From Cetorhinus maximus (Eukaryota): 64,000 nt of DNA. Of the stretch, positions 49,874-62,554 are shown piece by piece. The stretch spans positions 8,618,001 to 8,682,000 of the forward strand of contig NC_135901.1 in the NCBI RefSeq assembly GCF_964194155.1, written 5' to 3'. Positions within the stretch are counted from its first letter, which is position 1, and each line of letters begins with the position of its first letter. The notes below the pieces were generated by a model. The model was not told where the DNA came from, searched no databases, and saw only the letters and a program-made list of their open reading frames with translations. Both the position numbers and the translations under genes were made by a program.

Positions 49874-51079
49874 ATGGAAGGAAAAAGCACCGTTCACAGT
49901 GAGGAGAAACCGTACATGTGTTCTGTGTGTGGACGAGGCTTCAGCCAATCATCTGACCTGTCAGAACATAAATGCCGTCACAATGGGATGAAACCATGGA
50001 AATGTGGGGAATGTGGGAAGGGATTCAAATCCCCGTCTGACCTGGAAAGTCATTGGCGCACTCACACTGGGGAGAAACCGTTCACCTGCTCCGAGTGTGG
50101 GAAGGGATTCACTCGTTCGTCCTATCTGCTGATACACCAGCGAGTTCACACTGGGGAGAGGCCATTCACCTGCTCGAAGTGTGGGAAGGGATTCATTCAG
50201 TCATCCAACCTGTGGACACACCAGCGAGTTCACACTGAGGAGAGACCTTTTAAATGTCCGGACTGCGGGAAGTGCTATAAAGGTTCCATGGAACTGATGC
50301 ACCATCAACGTGTTCACACTGATGAGAGACCATTCAGGTGCTCTCACTGCGGGACTGGGTTCAGGTGGTTGTCTCAACTCACTGCGCACAAGCACAGTCA
50401 CACTGGGGAGAGGCTGTTCACCTGCTCTGTGTGTGGGAAGGGATTCACTCAGTCATCCAAACTGCTGAGACATCAGCATGGGCACAGTGATGAGAGGCCA
50501 TTCACCTGCTCCATGTGTGGGAAGGGATTCATTCAGCAATCCCATCTGCTGACACACCAGCGAGTTCACACAGACGAGAGACCTTTTAAATGCCCAGACT
50601 GTGGGAAGTGTTTTAAAAGCTCCCAGGACCTGATGTCTCATCAAAGTGTTCACACTGGGGAGAGGCCGTTCAGGTGCTCTCACTGCAGGACTGGGTTCAA
50701 GCAATCATCTCAACTCATTGTACACCAGCGAATTTACATTGGGGAGTGGCTGTTCACCTGCCCTGAGTGTGGGAAGGGATTCACTCAGTTATCTACCCTG
50801 CCAACACACCACCGGGTTCACACTGGGGGGCAACCATTCATCTGCTTTGAATGTGGGAAGGGATTCACCCACCCATCCAACCTTCTGAGACACCAGCGAG
50901 TTCATACTGGGGAGAGGCCGTTCACCTGCTCTGAATGTGGGAAGGGTTTTACCCAGTCATCCAACCTGCTGACACACCAGCGAGTTCACACTGGGGAGAG
51001 ACCATTTACATGCTCTGAATGTGGGAAGGGGTTTGCTTATTTATCTACACTGCAGAGATACCAGCAAGTTCACAAGTAA
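49874..51079 (+). CDS. Tandem C2H2 zinc-finger protein (ZNF-G), 14 units (10th and 14th have His>Tyr)
   Basis: Intact ORF, ATG at 49874 (track starts at TTG 49868); acceptor cacag ends at 49764. Confidence 0.9.
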   Translation: MEGKSTVHSEEKPYMCSVCGRGFSQSSDLSEHKCRHNGMKPWKCGECGKGFKSPSDLESHWRTHTGEKPFTCSECGKGFTRSSYLLIHQRVHTGERPFTCSKCGKGFIQSSNLWTHQRVHTEERPFKCPDCGKCYKGSMELMHHQRVHTDERPFRCSHCGTGFRWLSQLTAHKHSHTGERLFTCSVCGKGFTQSSKLLRHQHGHSDERPFTCSMCGKGFIQQSHLLTHQRVHTDERPFKCPDCGKCFKSSQDLMSHQSVHTGERPFRCSHCRTGFKQSSQLIVHQRIYIGEWLFTCPECGKGFTQLSTLPTHHRVHTGGQPFICFECGKGFTHPSNLLRHQRVHTGERPFTCSECGKGFTQSSNLLTHQRVHTGERPFTCSECGKGFAYLSTLQRYQQVHK

Positions 51080-51730
51080 CGACAATGGTTGGATTTTGCT
51101 GTTAATCACATCCAGGACTGAATTATGTGTATTGGGGTCTGTTTCTGAAGATGTTAATAAACTCCAGCCCAGTTATTCGGGCTGATATTGTAAATAAAGG
51201 TCAATTAGATTAGCTTTGTGTTAAACACACAGTGTCTTGAGTCTTTTCAATATTTCTAACCTAGGTTAGTTCCTTCTGAAGTGCTCTCTCTCACCCCTGT
51301 CCCCTCCATCCTCACTTCCAACAACAAGTGTGAGGAGCTCATGGAGCTTCTTTGTCACTAAGATTGAGACAATCTGATCAGCTGCCTCTGCTGCTTCCTT
51401 CCCTCCCTCATCGGCAGTGGCTGTGATTATTTGAATTAGATTTTTACATAATCACTTGGTAAGTGATCAGGTGTCACTGAACATTTGACAGAAAATTGTT
51501 CCATTATCATCCTCACAGTGACTGTATCTTGCAGACCAAGTGATTCTATCTACACCAGCCTTTCTGGAGAAGATCACCAGAGAAGAGTGAAGACATTACA
51601 GTCCACAGCCCAGCTCATAGTGGTGCACATATCTGATAAATCCAATTAAAATGCAGAGTATATCGGTTTGCTACAGGTTTATCAATATACATTGATTATC
51701 AATCATACGAAATAGGAATTATAGTTCCTG

Positions 51731-51759
51731 GGTCCCTGGTTTGAAACCAGGCAGAAACA
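51731..51759 (+). pseudogene. 3' fragment of a tRNA-Val gene
   Basis: ggtccctggtttgaaaccaggcagaaaca followed by a flank like that of the intact copies. Confidence 0.65.
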
Positions 51760-52954
51760 TTATCAAAACATATTTTAAGTGTGAGCAATAATTCATCTTT
51801 ATTGTTAAACATTAACTGTATGTAATACCTTACAGCCATGTGACATTAGCTCTTCCCCTCTACAGTATGTACACACTGAAACTAGACAGAATCTTCCACT
51901 TGTTCCCATTTCCAGTCCTGATGGTTCAGAAAGCTTCCCTCAAACCTGCATTTGCCAGCTGATTTGTGTAAGGTTATTAAAGGCTCCTGCAGCATGATCT
52001 CCATCACGAACAGTCGGTCAAAGCTACATTTCAGACAGGGCAACAAACCCATCAACGATTCTGTCTTCCCTGCTCCGTAGTGAGTGAGACCGGGAAAAGC
52101 AGTAGGATTTTGCCCCACCCTCTCCAATCACCCACTGCGAACAGAAAGCAGTGACAGCAACTTCAATCAGTGGGTTACTGCCCATTCTTGGGATGCAAGA
52201 TACTCCAATACAAGCCAAACCTCCTAATACACCAAGCACAGATTCAGATGATTAACTTTAAACATTGCTGCTGTTTTCCGGAGTGAACCCCAGCTCTCCA
52301 TTCCTCCAGTAGTGTCACCGCATTTAAATGGAGTCTGTCTCCACCCCGCTTTGTTAACATCACAGTTGTTGGGTTAGGAGTGAAAACGGCTCTTTTCTTC
52401 ACTGGAAGAGTGGGAGTGCAGTTTGTAGGCATGGGTCTGATATGCAATGAATGATGATTGAATATTTTTAAGGCAGAGGTAGATAGATTCTTGTTAGGCA
52501 AAGGAATCAAAGGCTATCGGAGTTAGACGGGAATGTGGAAATCGAAACACAAGATCAGCCATGACCTTATTGAATGGCGGAGCAGGCTTGAGGGCCCGAA
52601 TGGTCTACTCCTGTTCCTATTTCTTATGTTCCTTTGACAGTTTAAAAGTGGCAAGTTCCACTCAAGCTCCTGCACCAACAGAATTGCTCAGAGTCACAGA
52701 ATTAAAATAGTCACTTCCTGGAGGGCTGATTGCATCGGGTTCACATCCAATCAGTTGAGAATGGTCTAATTCATAAGATTACAGGAAGGAAATTAAGGAA
52801 CTGTACCTGAAATTATCCAAGTCACAGTGAAGAACGAAATGTTTGTGCCGGGTAATGGAGGGGAAGGATTAAGAGTTTTCAGTGTGGGACAGAACTGAGA
52901 GCAGAGAGAACTGATTGATACAGAATGGCATCATCATCCCTTTTGTGCTTTTTT

Positions 52955-53680
52955 CATTCATTCATGGGATGTAGGCAGTACTGGCTGGGCTAACATTATA
53001 TTGGCCATTCCTAATTGCTCTTGAGAACTGAATGGCTTGCCCAGCCATTTCAGAGTCAACCACATTATTGTGCATCTAGATTCACATGTAGGCCAGACCA
53101 GGTAAGGACAGCAGATTTCCTAAAGGACATTTGCGAATTGGATGGGTTTTTAATGACAATTGGTGGTTTCATCATTTCGACTTAATTCAAATTTCACCAC
53201 CTGCCATGGTGGGATTCAAACACTACCCTGGGCCTTTGAAGTACTAGTCCAGTGACAATACCAGTCCGCTGCCCCCTCCATCTCCCCTCCCAACCTATCA
53301 CAGACCTTCCCTTTTGTTCTTTCCTCCTCTCCTCTGTATCTGTTTCAAACCTGTTACATCTCTAGCATTTACCAGTTTTGATGTAGCATAGTGGTATTTT
53401 CACTGGACTGGTATTCCAGAGACCTAGGGTAATGCTCTGGTGGTCCAACCATAGCAGGTGGTGAAATTTGAATTCAACAAAAATCTGGAATTAAAAGTCT
53501 GCAAAACCCCATCTGGTTCACTAATGTCCTTTAGGGAAGAAAATCCACTGTCCTTACCCGGACTAGCCTACATGTGGCTGACTCGTAACTGCCCCCTGAA
53601 AAAATGGGCAATTTAAGGATGGGCAATAAATGCTGGCTTAGCCAGTGATGCCCACATCCCATGAACGAATAAGAAAAAAA
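52955..53680. mobile_element. Two tRNA-derived SINE copies in opposite orientation (52955-53270 minus, 53383-53680 plus)
   Basis: Same family as 21682; separated by a Penelope pseudo-LTR piece. Confidence 0.75.
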
Positions 53681-54744
53681 CTATTAACTCTGTTTCTCTC
53701 TCTGCCTGCTATTTCCAGCTTTTCCTGATTGAAAAGGCAGGAGTCACTCTGTAAAAAGAACAAAAGGGAAGATCTGTGATAGAGAGCGAGGCAGGATGGA
53801 TTAACTGACACAAGAATGATGGACAGGGCAGCACGGAGCTGGTGATGGTGGACCCGGGTGGTTCGGAGTCAATGCTTTCTCCATCACGGCCTGGGCTCGA
53901 TGGCCGGTGACCAAAGGTTAACCAAACAAACCATTTTGTGCGAGAAACCTGTCAGCAGTGTCAGTGAACTGAAGGGCAGTAACGGGTAAAGAGATGATCA
54001 TCAGTGATTTGAAGGCTTGCTTGTCAGCTTCCCTGGTCAGTCCAACTATTAGAAACCTCCAAACATTCTGGCAGCTCAGCACTGCCCTGTTTGCGACACA
54101 AATATTTATCCTCTGTAAGATTCCGGTCCAGGAACAAAATTATTTCAAACCAAATGAATTAAACGAACAATTGAAGCACGTGATCTTGGCAGGGCCCTGT
54201 TAAACTCCGGAACAAACATTTTCCTCTGTGATATCGCACCGTCGATTGAAGGGCTGTGGAGCAAAAGTAATAAGATTGTAAAAATACTAAGGTTGAAAAA
54301 ACAACACTTTCGCAAATTCGATGAGATCAATTGTATAATTATATCATGTCCATCTGGCGAAGTATATTAGGAACCCAAGTCCAAATCGTCGTGTGAACCT
54401 TGTGAATTAAGGCAAACCAGGCATGGATTCGGCAGAAACGACTTTTTCAAAAGGGAATTCAGCAATTTCATGAAAGGGAGGGAAAAACTGGTTCATTAAG
54501 AGAGAGAAGCAAATTGCGATTAATTAGTGTGCTCGTTTAAAAGGGGGCCTCGGATCGGATGTTGGAAGGGCCTCTAATGGCTTTGCTGGTGCTAGGCCAT
54601 TTTATGATGACATTGTTACATCAGTCTCGCTGCAGCGTTCCTGAGAATCGCAACTGTATTTAATTTGTCTGCAACAGAGACTCCGATTGCTGCAGCGTTA
54701 CAGCGCAGTTTAGCATGCCAGACAGGCTTAGTAACACCACAGCA

Positions 54745-54817
54745 GTTTCTGTAGTGTAGTGGTTATCACGTTCGCCTAACACGCGAAAGGTCCCCGGATC
54801 GAAACCGGGCAGAAACA
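54745..54817 (+). tRNA. tRNA-Val-AAC: tRNA-Val (AAC)
   Basis: 73 nt matching vertebrate tRNA-Val; acceptor GTTTCTG/CAGAAAC pairs; T-loop variant ATCGAAA. Confidence 0.92.
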
Positions 54818-54943
54818 TTATGAAAACTTACTCATTAAATTGTGAGGATAATTTGCATCGTTAAAGCTTACCTGAATCTCCAATGTTGCAGGCATAATGC
54901 ATTTGCTCTCACCGAGGTCATAAAACACGTGCAACAAAATCAG

Positions 54944-55205
54944 AATACCCGCAAAAACTCAGCAGGTCTGGCAGCATCTGCGGAGAGGAACACAGTTAAT
55001 AAATAAAAAAGAGGTGAAATATAAAAGATATATGCGATGTTATATTTCACCTCTTTTCTGTTTTTACTTAGGTCTGTTGAAGAGTCATACGGACTCAAAC
55101 GTTAACTGTGTTTCTCTCCGCAGATGCTGCCAGACCAGCTGAGTTTTTGCAGGTATTTTTATTTTTGGTTTGGATTTCCAGCACCCGCAGTATTTTGCTT
55201 TTACC
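54944..55205. mobile_element. Palindromic mini-Penelope with ~14-bp target-site duplication
   Basis: tgcaacaaaatcag (54930) / tgcagcaaaatcag (55206); single site in the second unit near 56618. Confidence 0.8.
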
Positions 55206-56448
55206 TGCAGCAAAATCAGTACGTCTTTCGATGCAGCTTAACAGTTACTCACCATGTCAAAGGTGTCTCATTGCAACGTGTGCTCACAAAGACAGACAAA
55301 AAGTGATCAGATCTAATTAACGCATCATTCTCAAGTCTATTCCCAAAAAAATTCTTGGATTTTGTTTAAAAGCTAACTGCGCTCAATTTCAAATGAGCAC
55401 CATATGATTTGCATTACATGTTGACTGACATTCTTTCGTCTATCAGTCATGTTTGCAATTCGGGGCTGGTGTATATTTCAGAGAGTCTCAATTCAGACGA
55501 AGGCATCAATAACAGATAAAATATGAATATTAAATATAGAATAACGGAACAAATACTGAGTTTCTTTAATTTCGTCTTCCAAGGATGAGAAGGATGTTCC
55601 TAATGATTGAGCAGAAAGCATTGCACCCGGAGACATTTGCTGGACGGACACGTCTACATTTTGAAATTCAAAACAAGCTGAGGCACCAGGATCAAATCAA
55701 CAGTTGCTTCCCTGCAACAAGTGACATGGACCCTCAGTCCAACCGTTGGAAACCTCCAAACACCCTGGTAGCTCAGCACTGCCCTGTTTGTTCCACAAAT
55801 ATTTATCCTCTGTTAGATTCCGGTCCAGGAACAAAATTATTTCAAACCAAATGAAGTAAACGAACAATTGAAGCACGCGATCTTGGCAGGGCCCTGTTAA
55901 ACTCCGGAACAAACATTTATCTCTGTAATATCGCACCCTCGGTTGAAGGGGTCTGGAGCAAAAGTAATAAAATTGTAAAAATAGAAAGGTTAAAAATAAC
56001 ACTTTCGCAAATTCGATATGAGATCAATTGCATAATTACATCATGTTCATCTGGTAAAGTATATTAGGAACCCAAGTCCAAATCGTCATGTGAACCTTGT
56101 GAATTAAGGCAAACCAGGCAAGGATTCTGCAGTAACGACTTTTTCAAAACAGAATTGTGTAATTTACTGAAAGGGAGAAGAAATAGATCATTTAGAGAGA
56201 GAAGCAAATTGTGATGAATTAGTTTTCTCGTTTAAAAAGGGACCTGAGATCGCATGTTGGGAGGGCCTCTTTTGCCATTGTTTGGATACATGGTGCTAGG
56301 CCATTTTCTGATGACATTGTTACATCAGTCTCGCTGCAGCGTTCCTGAGAACAGCAGCTGTATTCCATTTCTCCGCAATACAGACCCAGATTGCTGCTGA
56401 GTTACAGCGCAGTTTAGCATGCCAGACAAGCTCAGTAACACCACAGCA

Positions 56449-56521
56449 GTTTCTGTAGTGTAATGGTTATCACGTTCGCCTCACACGCGAAAGTTCTCAG
56501 GTTCGAAACCGGGCAGAAACA
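56449..56521 (+). tRNA. tRNA-Val-CAC: tRNA-Val (CAC), T-stem weakened, possibly non-functional
   Basis: 73 nt, anticodon loop CTCACAC; T-stem TCAGG/CCGGG has one mismatch and one wobble. Confidence 0.8.
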
Positions 56522-58367
56522 TTATGAAAACTTACTCATGAAATAGTGAGGATAATTTGCGTCGTTGAAGCTAACCTGAATCTCCCATGTTGCAGGCAAT
56601 AAGAGGTCACAAAATGAATGCAGCAAAATCAGCACGTGCTGAGATTCTATGACACACTTGAGTGGATAGATATCCGTATTTCACTGCGCTCACATATTAG
56701 CAGCTCGTTTAGTCAACAAGATAAAACAATGGATCTTTCGATGCAGCTTAAGAAAGTTCCTCACCATGTCAAAGGTGTCTCAGTGTAATGTGTGTTCATA
56801 AAGACAAAGAGGGAGCAGATCTAATTAACGCATCATTCTCAAGCCTGTTCCCTGTAAAATTCTTTGATTTTGTTGAAATGCTGACTGTTGTGCTACATCT
56901 CAAATCAGACCCATTTCAAATGCAGTACCTGGTGACACATTCTTTTGTTTGCCAGTCAAGTTTGCAATTCGATGTTGTCTATCTCACAGAGCCTCAAGTC
57001 AACCAAGGGCATCAATATCAAATACATTAATACTGAATGGTGAATAAGGTAAAAAAATTGCTGAGAAAGGTTTGTTGAATTTCTTCTGCTGAGGAGAAGT
57101 GTGTTCATAATGATTGAGCAGAAAGCATTGCTGCCTAAGACATTTGCTGGACCGAGCCTTCTGCATTTTGAAATTCAAACAAACTGAGGCACCAGGTGGA
57201 AACCAAGAGTTGTCTTCCTGTAACAAATGACATGACCACTCAGTCTAACCATTGGAATCCTCCAAACATTCTGGTAGATCAGCACTTTTTCCTAAACAAA
57301 TATGTATTCTATAAGATTACCTTCCCAGAACAAATGCATTTTAAACCAAACGAACGAAACAAACTATGCCAGCCTTTGATCTTGGCAGGTCTCTGTTGAA
57401 CTGTAAGAATGATTTCCCACTGTGATATAACACCCTCGATTAGCCGTTTGTGGATGAAATGTAATTAATTGTATAAATCAATCAGAAATAATGAGATGTT
57501 TGATCAGAAAAATAAGCACTTTTGTCAATTCGATATGAAATCAATAGAAAAAGTAAATAATGTTCATATGCATAGCCATGTAAGAAGCACTAGTCTAAAT
57601 CTTCATGGCATTGGGTGAGGGAAACAGTGTTAATTAAGGTAAAATAGGTATGGAATCTGCAGCATCTCCTTTTTCAAAAGGGAATTGTGCAATTAATTGA
57701 TATTCAGAATAATAACAGGTTTATTAAAAGAGGGAAGGAAACTGAGATTAATTCGTTTGCTCTTAAAAAAGCTGATCGAGACAGGATTATGGAAGGGCCC
57801 CGTATGCCATTGAATAGATACATGGTGCTTTGCCGTTTTATGATTACATTGTTATATGAATCTTTCTGCAGCATCCCTGATAATACCAGCTGAATTCCAT
57901 TCTACCGAAACAGAGACCCAGAGTGCTGCTGCATGACAGCATGGCTTAACATTCCGGATAGGCCCTGGTCAGTCGGACAGCTCACCCCTTCATTCTCCCC
58001 TGATTCCACTTCCTAAAGAGTTTGTAATTATTCATAGAACTGGAGACTGGGTTTCCTGTTTTGGTTCCTCCTCCATTTTTCCACCTGCCAACTAACAACA
58101 TTTTCCAAAATCTCGTCACAATGTTCCGCCTTGCACCATGTTCAGGGGTGAACACATTCAGTTTTGTGGAGAGACTATAAAGGCTGGGATCGTTTTCTTT
58201 AGAGCAAAGCAGGTTAAACCGAGTTTTCATGGTGTTGTTTAAAATTATTGGGCTGAGGAAGGGATCGGCGGCGGGCGGTTTGATAGAGCAGTTAGGGAGA
58301 AACTGTTTCCACTCTCGAGGGTCAGTCACCAGAGGACTGGAGTTTATGATAATTAAATAAAGACAGG

Positions 58368-58625
58368 CTTGCATTTATATAGCACCTTTCCCGACCAGCG
58401 GACGTCTCAAATCGCTTTCCAGTCAATGAAGGACATTGTAAAGTGTCGTCATTGTGGTGTAGGAAACACGGCTGCCAATCACCGCTCAGCAAACTCCCAC
58501 AAACATTAACGTCATAATGAGCGGATAATGTGTCTTTGTGACGTTGATTGAGGGATAAACGTTGACCAGGAAGCGGGGAGAACTCCCCTGCTCTTCTTTC
58601 AAATAGGCTCATGGCATCTTTTACA
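58368..58625 (-). mobile_element. DeuSINE 3' part
   Basis: Similar to 6672-6925. Confidence 0.65.
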
Positions 58626-59880
58626 TTCTGGCGCCTACATCCCGTTCATGTCTCTTTTTTCCGTACTGAATATGAAAGGACCTGCACCGAGTCGTGGTTT
58701 CCTCGGTTCCCTGGTAGTTTTTCCTCTTCCTCTATTCTGAAGCCCGATACAAAGTAATCCTGTGGCATACCTGCCATTTCCTCGGTTTCAATTACAGTAT
58801 CGCTTGTCATTAACAAAGTTTCCCAGACCCAAAGACATTAAGAGTTGGACTTTAGATTCCGATATAATTTTTGAACCAAAAATGTATTTATGCGGCTGAT
58901 TTCATACCGAACTTTCCAAAGAGATTGATTCAGATCAAGCATGTCCTCGTTTTTCTCAGTCGCTCTATACAATCTAATTTCCCTTGCTGTACAAACTGTT
59001 ACAGAGACTGTTTTAGAAAAGAGGGAAAGGTTTGCTGCAGCTACACAAAGCCCTGGTTAGGTCACACCTGGAGGACTGTGGATAGTTCTGGGAACGGCAC
59101 CTTATAAAGGATCAATATTTGCCTTGAAAGTTTCAGAGGAGCCGCATTGATTCTGTTGGTGGGTTTGGAAATTGAAAGTTGTCCATCCGCAGCTTGTGGC
59201 ACAATTTCCCCTCACTGTTCACGTCATGTTCATGTCGAACACACTCGATGCTGTTATTGGCTGAACAAGTCTTCTGTGTTATAACTAAACATGCTGTTAT
59301 TCGGCGCTCTCTCTCTTGCCGCCTGGGTTTGGCCCACATCAGGGAATGTTGTTTTCTTGTTGCTGTGTGAACTGTCACAATGAACTGATCCCGGAGTCTC
59401 TTTCCCCTGGGATCGACAAAACCCGTCACTTCTCTTCCTTCATTCTCACTCTTTCATTCCAAGTTTGAGTCGGTTCTCCTTTCGGGTTCTTCAACAAATC
59501 CATTTGGACGGACAAGTGGCTGAAATTTAATGTCCGGAAGTGTGAAGTGATTCATTTTGGTCGGAGAGGAGAGGAAACAGAAAATTCAGGTTACAATTTT
59601 AAAGGGGCTTCTGTGTTGCACAGCGAGTGGTTCGGATCTGGAATATATCAATTCGGTTCAGTTCCACGAGGGGGTGGACGCATTTTACCATCGCAAACTT
59701 CATTCACATTAGTTGTGTAGCTTCATATTAAAAAGGTTCAGGGAGAAAAAGCAGATTGGGAAGATGCAAGAGGAGATTGTTTCTTTCTGTATGTTTTTAC
59801 ATTGGATGCCGTTCAGTTACTGAGCGTTACAAAGTGGACGGCGATTGAAATTTCCAGTTAAGACAATGACAATTTTAGAC

Positions 59881-59962
59881 GTCGCAGTGGCCGAGCGGTC
59901 TAAGGCGCTGGATTTAAGTTTCAGTCTGTATGGAGGCGTGGGTTGAAATCCTATCGCTGCCA
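59881..59962 (+). pseudogene. tRNA-Leu pseudogene (TAG/AAG-type body, loop reads TAA)
   Basis: tggccgagcggtctaaggcgctgga..ggaggcgtgggtt..cgctgcca, 82 nt; acceptor stem and T-loop disrupted. Confidence 0.75.
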
Positions 59963-60014
59963 GAGTTTCAGACTGTCCGCATTTTCAATCAATTTTGCCA
60001 TCCCCTTCAGTCAT

Positions 60015-60315
60015 TGAGTTGGAGAGGGCTGCAGCACAGAAAAAGGCCCTTCGGCCCATCGAGTCTGCGCCGGTCAAACAAATACCTAATTATTCCAATC
60101 CAAATACTTCTTAAATGTTATGAGGGTTTCTGCCTCTACCACCCTTTCAGACAGTGAGTTCCAGATTCCCACCACCCCCTGGGTGAGAAAATTCTTCCTC
60201 GCATCCCCTCTAAACTTCCTACCCTTTACCTTAAAATCCGTCCACCAAGGGGAAAAGTTCGTTCCTGTGTGCCCTATTATGCCCCTCATAATTTTATGCA
60301 CCTCAATCGTTTCCC
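60015..60315 (-). mobile_element. CR1 3' tail
   Basis: RKNFLTQGVVGIWNSL; ggcccttcggcccatcgagtc. Confidence 0.75.
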
Positions 60316-60976
60316 CCCTGTGTGTGTTCGGTGTGCAGTGCTCCATTCTGGCGGAAAGATCGAGGAGAGGCAGCAGAAATTGCAGGACAGCCAGGAATAG
60401 ATGGGGCTGCATTTCTTCATTCCCTTCTGTAACCACTCTGTTGTTTTATGTACAGAACATTAAAAGGTACATGGCGACGATGTACGGAACTGACTTGCTT
60501 ATGTAATGGGTTTGAAACCCTTTAGAGTTTCCTGGTACAGGTGAAAATCCGACATTTTGAACCTGCAATCTACATTTAGTAGTTTACATTTCTCACTGTT
60601 CCTGTTTTAAGAATGAATTACAGAATTTATTATCTATTAAATGGACTAAAAAACCTTTCAAACACTTCCCTGTATTTTTCATTTCCGTTCATCTGCCGGC
60701 ATTCATCAAATTTGCAGCTGGAAATGGAACAAAAACGGAGCCAATTTGGTGACATCCTTGATTTCTGCATGTTTGTCTCCCTTTAGACCGCTGCCTCTAT
60801 CGGTGCCTTTGTCTGTGTGTGTTCCTCTGCGTGTGTCAATGTGATTCAGTACCCTGAGGGGGATGAATGCATTTTTACCATCATAAACTTTACTCACTTT
60901 CGTTGTGCATCTTCATGGTAAATGACACAGAGAATTACAGTAGGTTTAAAAGTTGGAAGAGGACCTTAGCCTTTCT

Positions 60977-61055
60977 GGCGCTGTTGGCGTAACTCGTGGT
61001 TAAAATAGTGGACTTATCAAACTAGATGCTGTGAGTTCGATCCCTGCTGGTGCCT
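60977..61055 (+). pseudogene. Highly degenerate tRNA-like sequence (Thr-type ends)
   Basis: ggcgctg..tggttaaa..gagttcgatccc..ggtgcct; anticodon arm not recoverable. Confidence 0.45.
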
Positions 61056-61229
61056 GTGGATAAAGTTTAGCTGAGGGAAGCGGTGGAAATGTAAACTGTG
61101 GGGAGGCGTATCTCGGCTGTGAAGAGATTTAGACACGTCAGGGTAACAAGGATAGAACATGGGAGAATACTTTCCAGATGTGCAAAGCTATTAAGAAGGT
61201 CTGACAGAAATTGAAAAAATGCTGAACCA

Positions 61230-61880
61230 TTTAGGTACAACAAGTAATTAGGAAAGCTAATAGAACGTTATCATTTGCTGTGAGGGGGAATTGAAATAAG
61301 AAGGTTATACTTCAGTTGTACAGGACAGTGATATCAGGAGTACTGTGTAGAGTATTGGCCTCCTTGTTTAAGGAAAATGTAAATGCGTTAGAAGCAGTTC
61401 AGAGAAGGCTTATTGAACTACTACCAAGAATAGGCGGCTTGTCTTATGAGGAAAGGTGGCAGGCTAGGCCTGCATCCCATGGAGTTTAGAAGGCTAAGAG
61501 GCGACTTGATCGAAATCTTTCAGATCCTGAGGGGTCTTGACAGGGTGGATGTGGTGAGGATCTTTCGTCTTGTGGGAGAATTTAGAACTAGGGGTCACTT
61601 TAAAAATAAGGGGTCGCTCATTTAAGACAGAGATGAGAGAAGTTTTTTCTCAGAGGATTGTGAGTACTTGTAACTCTCTCCTTCAAAAGGCAGTGGAAGC
61701 AGAGTCTTTGAATATTTTTAAGGCAGAGCTAGATTGATTCTTGATCAACAAGGGGGTGAAAGGTGTTCGGGGTAAGCAGCAGGTTTCAATCAGATCAGCC
61801 GTGATCTTATTGAATGGCGGAGAAGGCTTGAAGGGCCGAGTGGCCTACTCCTGCTCCGAGTTCATATGTTCACATGTTCT
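61230..61880 (+). mobile_element. CR1 LINE 3' fragment
   Basis: Closely similar to 42300-42930. Confidence 0.85.
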
Positions 61881-62164
61881 TTGAGTCCAGACTGCTTCCT
61901 GGCTCAGTGCCCAAATGCCAAAAAGTCAAGGATGATTGAAATTTTCACTGAGCAACATGTAAACTGACAATGGATTCATTCGGTGCGATGGTGTGTTCCA
62001 GTTCTATATGTGCAATCATAGAATCAATTTCTATTTGTTGTTTTGAACCCAATATTTCTAATGGGCTGGATGTTATGCACATGTTTGATCTAATTTATCC
62101 CATTTACAAAAATAAATATTGGAAAACTATTTGTGTGGGAGGTTACTGGATAAAAGCAGGCCTG

Positions 62165-62345
62165 GAAATGGAGCAGAGAAAGAGGATCCCTGAAGTGATG
62201 TTCAGTCAGTTCAGGAGGATGGTTTCAGAGTGAATGGAGAAGGGAGAGAGTATCCCTGGGGTGATGTTCAGTGAGTTCAGAAGAAAGGCATGAGAGAGAA
62301 TGGAGCAGGGAGAGAGGATCCCTGGGGTGATGTTCCGTGAATTCA
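62165..62345. repeat. Three ~65-bp tandem units
   Basis: aatggag..gagag.atccctg..gtgatgttc.gt repeats. Confidence 0.8.
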
Positions 62346-62554
62346 GTTGTTTGTTGCGCCTGGCAGGCCGCAGGGCCTGGGAATTTCCACGATTTGTGCT
62401 CCCTGGTGTTCCTAATAAGCCCCAAACTGTGGTAATAATTTGCAGGATTACTGCTCGATAATGTGTTTGTGTCAGATCGGCCCTAGTCTCCAGGAATCTC
62501 CCATGGTTTGTGTCAACGGTTCAGTCTGCGGTATTTGTGTATTTTTTGTTATGC

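Larger units (their letters stand above)
54035..57970 (+). repeat. Tandem array of tRNA-Val-bearing units (starts ~54037, 55735, 57241; third partial and diverged)
   Basis: cagtc.aac..t.gaa.cctccaaaca..ctgg.ag.tcagcac and long downstream blocks recur three times. Confidence 0.9.

Noticed and set aside
53820-53930. GC-rich patch that might be an RNA gene
   Set aside because: No cloverleaf, A/B boxes or known snRNA match
59133-59429. 98-aa minus-strand ORF in unassigned DNA
   Set aside because: No motif or splice support
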